DNA from: Candidatus Woesearchaeota archaeon
GTDB lineage: Archaea; Nanobdellota; Nanobdellia; Pacearchaeales; GW2011-AR1
Direction of reading: 5' to 3'
NCBI GenBank assembly: GCA_964509675.1
Contig: CAZDXC010000002.1
Span: forward strand, 71,425-135,424
DNA: 64,000 bases
The notes under the pieces were generated by a model that ran no database searches, was not told the origin of the DNA, and saw only the letters and a program-made list of their open reading frames with translations. Positions 59,038 to 64,000 of the stretch are shown here, in pieces. Position numbers and translations under genes: made by a program. Numbering within the stretch: the stretch's first letter is position 1; every line of letters begins with the position of its first letter.

Positions 59038-59439
59038 TTAATATACACTAGATGCGATTTTTGCAACTGAAGGCCACCGCTCCATAACTTCCCTTGCAAC
59101 TACTCCTTTAATCTGTGTTCCTTTTGGATTTCCTTTTTCGTCCTTCAAAAGAGCAACTGCATTGTCTTCAAATGCAATTCTCTCTCCATTTAGTCTCCTG
59201 TAGGGTCTTTTTTGTCTTACCACTATTGCATCAAATACTTTTCCTTTCATGTCTGGAACACCTTTTCTCACACTTACTTTTACCCAATCTGCTATTTTTG
59301 CATATCCCTGTCTTCCTTTTGTGCTTTTTCCTCTCTTTACAGAGACAAGTTTGACAATCTTTGCTCCGCTATTATCAGCAGCAATAATTTCTGCTCCAAG
59401 ATTTAATCCACGTGTTACTTTTGCATTTATTGCTTTCAT
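59038..59439 (-). CDS. rpl14: 50S ribosomal protein uL14
   Basis: ADNSGAK, AIVVRQK, FEDNA, PKGT.IKG.VARE. Confidence 0.97.
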   Translation of the reverse strand: MKAINAKVTRGLNLGAEIIAADNSGAKIVKLVSVKRGKSTKGRQGYAKIADWVKVSVRKGVPDMKGKVFDAIVVRQKRPYRRLNGERIAFEDNAVALLKDEKGNPKGTQIKGVVAREVMERWPSVAKIASSVY

Positions 59440-59786
59440 TTAGTTTCTCCTGATTTTATTTTTTTAATTACAACAAAATGGATTATCTTGCTTAATGGAC
59501 GACATTCCTGCACCATTATATAATCTCCAATATTGATTTCATTTTCCATACAAGAAGGAAGATGTGCATGGATTTTTGTTTTTGATTTAAAATATCTCTC
59601 ATATTTTCTTGAATAAATCATTCTTTCAAATTCAATTACAATCCTGCCTTTGAATTTTTTGGTTACCTTTCCCTCAAAAATTCTTCCTCTTACTTTCAAA
59701 TTTCCATGAATGTGACATTTCTTATCATTGCAGATAGCTCCGGCTATCTCTTTTCCTTCTATCTTTTTATTTTCTTTCTTTTTCAT
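59436..59786 (-). CDS. rps17: 30S ribosomal protein uS17
   Basis: CNDKKCHIHG.LKVRG, KYERY, ECRPLSK. Confidence 0.97.
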   Translation of the reverse strand: MKKKENKKIEGKEIAGAICNDKKCHIHGNLKVRGRIFEGKVTKKFKGRIVIEFERMIYSRKYERYFKSKTKIHAHLPSCMENEINIGDYIMVQECRPLSKIIHFVVIKKIKSGETK

Positions 59787-59801
59787 TTTCTGTTTGTTGT
59801 G

Positions 59802-60095
59802 TTAATCTATCGCCTCTTCATCAAATCCAAGTTTCACAAGAGCTTCTTTTATCTTCTTCCTGTGGTCTCCTTGAAGCTCTACTTCATTGTTTCTGTAAGT
59901 TCCGCCGCATGCAAGCTCATTTTTCAGGGCTTTTGCGATTTCTTTTACATTCACTCCATCAAGTCCACTTACGATAGTGACATACTTCCCGTATCTTTTT
60001 CGTTCGGTAGTCACTTTTATATTCTGTGAACCCTTTGCGATTTTTTCACACACACAGGCTTGCTTAGGCAAGCCACATTTTGGACATATTTCCAT
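59802..60095 (-). CDS. sui1: Translation initiation factor aIF1 (SUI1)
   Basis: CPKCGLP...CVCE, RYGKYVT, LK..LACGGT, ELQGDH. Confidence 0.95.
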   Translation of the reverse strand: MEICPKCGLPKQACVCEKIAKGSQNIKVTTERKRYGKYVTIVSGLDGVNVKEIAKALKNELACGGTYRNNEVELQGDHRKKIKEALVKLGFDEEAID

Positions 60096-60099
60096 TGTT

Positions 60100-60315
60100 T
60101 TACTTATTTATCTCAATTTTCTTTGAAGATTTGTCTTCTTCATTATTGAGTGTGAATATTCTTGCAATTATTTTTTTAATCTCCTTTGTCTTTGAAGTTC
60201 CTGTCTTTGAAGCATGAGCCTTGGATTTTACCAATTCAAATTTTAATTCTTCTATTTTTTTCATTCTTTCTTCCTTGTTCATTTTTTTGATATCTTTTGT
60301 TTTTAATGTTGCCAT
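60100..60315 (-). CDS. rpl29: 50S ribosomal protein uL29
   Basis: LK.KDIKKM..EER..K..ELK.EL, KEIKKIIARI.T. Confidence 0.93.
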   Translation of the reverse strand: MATLKTKDIKKMNKEERMKKIEELKFELVKSKAHASKTGTSKTKEIKKIIARIFTLNNEEDKSSKKIEINK

Positions 60316-60316
60316 T

Positions 60317-60994
60317 TTATTTTTTCTTCACTTTTCTCTTTGGTTTTTCTTCCTTCTGCTTTTCAGCTTCTATATTTATTTTTAATTTTTCTAAAACATC
60401 TTTATTAATATCCAGTCTGTCCTTTAGAATTGCGTAAGGAGAAAGAATACTAACTTTAACTCCGATTGTTCCAGGTCTTGTCTGTGCTACTGCTTTGGCT
60501 CTGTCAACGACTTTTGCACTGTCTCCGATTTTCTTTAAATATCCTTGTGCAAATCTCCATGTTTTTGCTCTTGAACCAGGAAGTTTTCCACTTAAAATAA
60601 TTTCTGCCCCCAAAGCTCCCGCATCCATTATTTTTTGCAGACTTTTATATGCTATAACTTTGAATTTTAAAGGCCCAAGTCTCTCTAACCCGAGTGCAAT
60701 TTCATCTGCAACTATCTGCGCATCAAACTCGGGCTGTTTTATTTCATCAATTTCTACTCTTGGATTTTCAAGTTTGAATTTTGTTTTTAATACATTTGTA
60801 AGTTCATCTATTTTTTCTCCTCTTTTTCCTATAATCAATCCCGGTTTGTTTGTTGAAACAATGACTTTTTCTCCTACTGGAGTATATTCTATTTTTACTT
60901 TGCTTATTTTCCCCTTTCCAAGTATGCTTTTAATATATTCCTTAATAGCAAACTCGTCTTTCTTAAATTTTACAATATTTTTTTCTTCCATCAT
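60317..60994 (-). CDS. rps3: 30S ribosomal protein uS3
   Basis: TP.G, PGLIIGKRG (KH domain), GALGAEI..SGKL...RA, GY.KK.G. Start is ATG 60994 or 60991. Confidence 0.97.
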   Translation of the reverse strand: MMEEKNIVKFKKDEFAIKEYIKSILGKGKISKVKIEYTPVGEKVIVSTNKPGLIIGKRGEKIDELTNVLKTKFKLENPRVEIDEIKQPEFDAQIVADEIALGLERLGPLKFKVIAYKSLQKIMDAGALGAEIILSGKLPGSRAKTWRFAQGYLKKIGDSAKVVDRAKAVAQTRPGTIGVKVSILSPYAILKDRLDINKDVLEKLKINIEAEKQKEEKPKRKVKKK

Positions 60995-61071
60995 GAAAAA
61001 TCCCAACTCCAAGGGAATGTTTCATCCGCAAGTCTTAGCTGAGGACTGAAAAAATTTATTTCTTCTTTCAT
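60991..61071 (-). other. Intergenic element with 26-aa mini-ORF bridging uL22 and uS3, plus stem-loops
   Basis: ATG 1 nt after the uL22 stop; its TGA overlaps the uS3 ATGATG. Contains near-palindrome AGTCCTCAGCTAAGACT and stem ATGAAA.ATTCCC/GGGATTTTTCAT. Confidence 0.45.
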
Positions 61072-61072
61072 T

Positions 61073-61672
61073 TTAACTTCTTGGTTTTTTCTCGATAGCT
61101 TTTATTTTAATATGAGTCCTTTTTTTTCTGACACTCCCAAATCTGCCATAGGGTTGTGAAGCTTTATTTGAAACAGCCTCATTGATTATCGGTTCTTCCA
61201 ATCCATTTACATTTGAATTTGCCTGCAGGTTTTTTAACATCTTTATAAAAAATCCAATGGCCTTTATAGGATATCTTCCCGACATAATTTTTCCTTTTCT
61301 GTGGGGAATTTCTCCTTTCATTGGAATTGCTTTTTTAAATTTCAAAACTTCCTCTAAATCTGCAATTGCCTTTCTTATACTTTTCTTTTTTATGAATTTA
61401 CAGATTGCAACAGAATCTTTTGTTGATATTGGCAAACTAATCCCATTAATAACTGCCTCATCTTTTTTGATTTTCTTTTCTTTCTTTTCTTTTTTTTCAA
61501 CCTTTTTTTCTTCTTTTTTCTCGGTTTTTTCAACTTCTTCGACTTTTGTTGCTTTAGTTTCAACCTTTTTTTCTTCTTTTACAGGAGTTTCTATTTTTTG
61601 CTCTGCTGCATTTTTTTGTTTTTGCATTGTTTTCATCATTTTTTGATGTGGGTTATAATCTTTTTCTGTCAT
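61073..61672 (-). CDS. rpl22: 50S ribosomal protein uL22 with Lys/Glu-rich N-terminal extension
   Basis: LPISTK....IC..IK, AIP, SGRYP.KA, THI.I. Confidence 0.95.
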   Translation of the reverse strand: MTEKDYNPHQKMMKTMQKQKNAAEQKIETPVKEEKKVETKATKVEEVEKTEKKEEKKVEKKEKKEKKIKKDEAVINGISLPISTKDSVAICKFIKKKSIRKAIADLEEVLKFKKAIPMKGEIPHRKGKIMSGRYPIKAIGFFIKMLKNLQANSNVNGLEEPIINEAVSNKASQPYGRFGSVRKKRTHIKIKAIEKKPRS

Positions 61673-61677
61673 TTTGA

Positions 61678-62076
61678 TTATTTCTTAGATTGGGATTTAC
61701 TTCCTTTTGTTGCTCCAACTCCTGCACTTCCATGTTTAATTTTTCCTCTTGTTGGAGAAAATTCTCCTAATCTATGCCCCAACATTTGGTTTGTTATTTC
61801 TACTGGGACAAATGTATGTCCGTTGTAAATTTGAATTCTCATTCCAACCATCTGAGGAACAATAACTAATTCTCTCTTGTGAGTTTTTACTAGTTTATTT
61901 TTCTCTATTTTTTTCTTTGCTCTGCTGATGAAATTTTCTATAATCTGAAAATGTTTGAGAACAGCCCTTCTCTGCCGAGCTTTTAAATATTTTGCAAATT
62001 CCCGAACATCTAAAGATTTCAGTTCTTCAATAGTCTTTCCACGAAATGTAAATTGTTTTTTAATTAATTCTGGCAT
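61678..62076 (-). CDS. rps19: 30S ribosomal protein uS19
   Basis: FTFRGKTIEEL, KTH.R...IVP.MVG, YNG, MLGHRLGEF.PTR, HGSAGVGAT. Confidence 0.97.
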   Translation of the reverse strand: MPELIKKQFTFRGKTIEELKSLDVREFAKYLKARQRRAVLKHFQIIENFISRAKKKIEKNKLVKTHKRELVIVPQMVGMRIQIYNGHTFVPVEITNQMLGHRLGEFSPTRGKIKHGSAGVGATKGSKSQSKK

Positions 62077-62077
62077 T

Positions 62078-62779
62078 TTATCTTTTCTTCTTTCCTGTTC
62101 TCTTTGGCCTTAATAATCCTACTTTTGCTCCAGGAGGAGCATTTCTTTTGGCAATTTTTCCCTTTATTCTTTTTCCTCTACCGCTTCCGAAAGGATGGTC
62201 TATTGCATTCATTTTTACTGCAGAAGTTCTTGGCCATAATTTATTTCTTGATTTTTTAATATAAAAGTTCTTACCTGCTTTAACAATCGGTTTGTCCAGT
62301 CTTCCTGCCCCCGCAACAACCCCAATTATTGCCCTGCATTTAGGATTGAATTTTTTTTCTTTTTTGGAAGGCATTAAAATAAAAATGTTTTTCCCCACAA
62401 TTCTATTAACAATAGCAAAACTTCCTGCCGTTTTTATGAATACACCTCCATCTCCGGGCCTTGATTCTATATCATAAATGAATGTTTTTATTGGAATATC
62501 TTTTAATCTCAAGATATTTCCATCTTTAATTTCATTTCCTTCAAAATTTATTTTTTGCCCTTCAATCATTCCTTTGCATGCAGGAATGTAGAATATTCCT
62601 TTATTATATCTGATTTTTGCCAAAGGAGCAGAGTGTCCCGGTGAATTAAATAATTCTACAACAATTCCTTCTTTAGTAAGTTCTCGTGGATATTTTAATC
62701 TGAATCTGTAAGCATTTCTTCTTACTCTGTAACTGAAACTTCCTTTTCCTCTAGCCTGTTGAATTATTCTTTTTCCCAT
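62078..62779 (-). CDS. rpl2: 50S ribosomal protein uL2
   Basis: MGKRIIQQARGKG, IESRPGDGG, KPIVKAG, WPR...MNAIDHPFG, PPGAKVG. Confidence 0.97.
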   Translation of the reverse strand: MGKRIIQQARGKGSFSYRVRRNAYRFRLKYPRELTKEGIVVELFNSPGHSAPLAKIRYNKGIFYIPACKGMIEGQKINFEGNEIKDGNILRLKDIPIKTFIYDIESRPGDGGVFIKTAGSFAIVNRIVGKNIFILMPSKKEKKFNPKCRAIIGVVAGAGRLDKPIVKAGKNFYIKKSRNKLWPRTSAVKMNAIDHPFGSGRGKRIKGKIAKRNAPPGAKVGLLRPKRTGKKKR

Positions 62780-62784
62780 TTTCC

Positions 62785-63024
62785 TTACATTAATCCTAAT
62801 TTCGTTGCTATATCAATAGCAGGAAATTCTTTTTTTAATTTAACATAAACATATTTTTTGTTTCCTTTAATCATTGTTCTTAAACTTTTGATTTTAACAT
62901 TGAATAAATTTGCAATTTCTTTTGCAATCTCAATCTTTGTTCTTTCTTTTTCAGTTACAAAAGTCAAAACATTTTGCATTTCTATTGCCATAACTGCTTT
63001 TTCTGTTACAATCGGTTTCATCAT
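62785..63024 (-). CDS. rpl23: 50S ribosomal protein uL23
   Basis: KPIVTEKA...IE..N.LTF, K.EI...I..LF.VK, KK.YVKL, A.DIATKLG. Confidence 0.95.
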   Translation of the reverse strand: MMKPIVTEKAVMAIEMQNVLTFVTEKERTKIEIAKEIANLFNVKIKSLRTMIKGNKKYVYVKLKKEFPAIDIATKLGLM

Positions 63025-63641
63025 TTTCTTAATTCCTCTGGAATTTTATATTTTGAAAATTTAGAAAATAAATTTTTTCCATATATTAATCTTGAAAAAC
63101 ATTCTGCTTCTAATTCACAATCTTCTAATGCATTATGAGCATTTCTATTATCTTCCATTCCAACAAAATTTAATATGTTTTTTAAGCCCATGTCAGTATA
63201 ATCCTCTTTAATCAAAAATTTTTTATAAATATCAAAATATCTTATTAATGCAATTGTTGATATGTCCAAAGTTCTATGATAAAAAGGAACTTTTAACCCA
63301 TATTTATTTGCCTTTGTCCAGATAAATCCATAATCAAATTGCGGATTATGACATATAAAGTTTTTAATCTTACATTTTTTAATAAATTCAAAGAAATTTT
63401 CTATTAATTGTTTCTCTGATTGTTTATCCTTATCTCTCATCTGTTCTTCTGTCATATCTACAACTTCTATAACTGATTTTGCATTTACTAAATTTGTTGC
63501 ATTTATTATTTCATATTCTTCATTTAGTCTAGCATTCTCAAGGAAAATATTTTTAGGATTTTCTAACTCAATTGCTCCAATCTGTAAAATTCCGCATTTA
63601 GTGAAATCTGCTCCGCTTGTTTCAATATCTACAACTATCAT
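63021..63641 (-). CDS. DEDDh (DnaQ-like) 3'-5' exonuclease
   Basis: ExoI VDIETSG, ExoII HNPQFD, ExoIII HNALED. Confidence 0.9.
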   Translation of the reverse strand: MIVVDIETSGADFTKCGILQIGAIELENPKNIFLENARLNEEYEIINATNLVNAKSVIEVVDMTEEQMRDKDKQSEKQLIENFFEFIKKCKIKNFICHNPQFDYGFIWTKANKYGLKVPFYHRTLDISTIALIRYFDIYKKFLIKEDYTDMGLKNILNFVGMEDNRNAHNALEDCELEAECFSRLIYGKNLFSKFSKYKIPEELRK

Positions 63642-64000
63642 TTTAGTTTTTCTCCTATCTCATCAATTGCTTTTTCAGTGTAAATTGTAAGTCTCCCAAT
63701 CCCCCCTTTTGCGAGATCACTCACATTCAAATTCCCAACATTTTTTGTATCTATTATGTTTGTTTTTAATTTTTCTTTCTTTCCTGTTACTAAGAGCAAC
63801 CCCAAATTTTTTTTGTATTTTCTTCCCCTTGATTTTCCCTTTCCACTTCTTATTGTTTTTTTCTTTAGAGATATTTCAAACAAATCCCCCAGAATTTTTT
63901 TCAGACTCTCTATTAAGGTTTTTGTTTTCAAAGAAATTATTTTTGATTCAACGACAATTGGCAGCCCCGAAATTTTTTTGCTTTTTAATTTTTCATATCT
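63638..64000 (-). CDS. rpl4: 50S ribosomal protein uL4 (C-terminal part, runs off the window)
   Basis: LPIVVE, IRSGKGKSRGRKY, LNVSDLA.GG.GRLTIYTE. Frame is open to position 64000. Confidence 0.95.
   Translation of the reverse strand, partial: RYEKLKSKKISGLPIVVESKIISLKTKTLIESLKKILGDLFEISLKKKTIRSGKGKSRGRKYKKNLGLLLVTGKKEKLKTNIIDTKNVGNLNVSDLAKGGIGRLTIYTEKAIDEIGEKLK

Noticed and set aside
60991..61071. C/D-box sRNA or bulge-helix-bulge intron in the uL22-uS3 spacer
   Set aside because: Two CTGA boxes occur on the plus strand, but there is no properly placed RTGATGA box C and I could not build a BHB motif.
54435..61646. Long plus-strand ORFs (54435-55049, 55684-56109, 60495-61049, 61182-61646) and similar short ORFs throughout the window
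   Set aside because: Antisense shadows of Lys/Glu-rich real genes (Phe/Ser/Leu-rich translations with no motifs).
1..64000. tRNA, rRNA, CRISPR array, transposase or integrase
   Set aside because: Nearly all sequence is coding. The intergenic gaps are short, with no cloverleaf, regularly spaced repeats or mobile-element motifs visible by eye.

Overview
AT-rich, gene-dense archaeal window, most consistent with a DPANN genome (Pacearchaeota/Woesearchaeota-like). This is inferred from archaeal-type ribosomal proteins, AglB/AglH, short or overlapping gene junctions and TATA boxes about 21 nt before start codons. Layout: (1) secF-secD at the left edge, with SecD carrying a PDZ-like insert. (2) A ~46-kb surface-glycan/N-glycosylation locus (2.9-49.1 kb) ending in aglH-aglB. 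It encodes 9 radical SAM enzymes (5 cobalamin-binding, 4 SPASM/twitch-type), 5 class I methyltransferases, about 9 further glycosyltransferases and a flippase. It also holds a PLP/ThDP/kinase/radical-SAM module, a bacterial-type heptose module (GT9-NUDIX fusion, hldE, a deoxyhypusine-synthase-fold gene, gmhB) and a queC / 64-aa aIF5A-like mini-protein / GT2 / nucleoside-deoxyribosyltransferase islet. (3) Ribose-1,5-bisphosphate isomerase, prefoldin alpha, DUF106, secY and the S10-spc ribosomal protein superoperon. The operon has a DEDDh exonuclease between uL4 and uL23, and two intergenic gaps filled by related sequence elements carrying coupled mini-ORFs. I recognised no rRNA, tRNA, CRISPR array or transposase. 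All calls come from motif recognition by eye; no searches were run.
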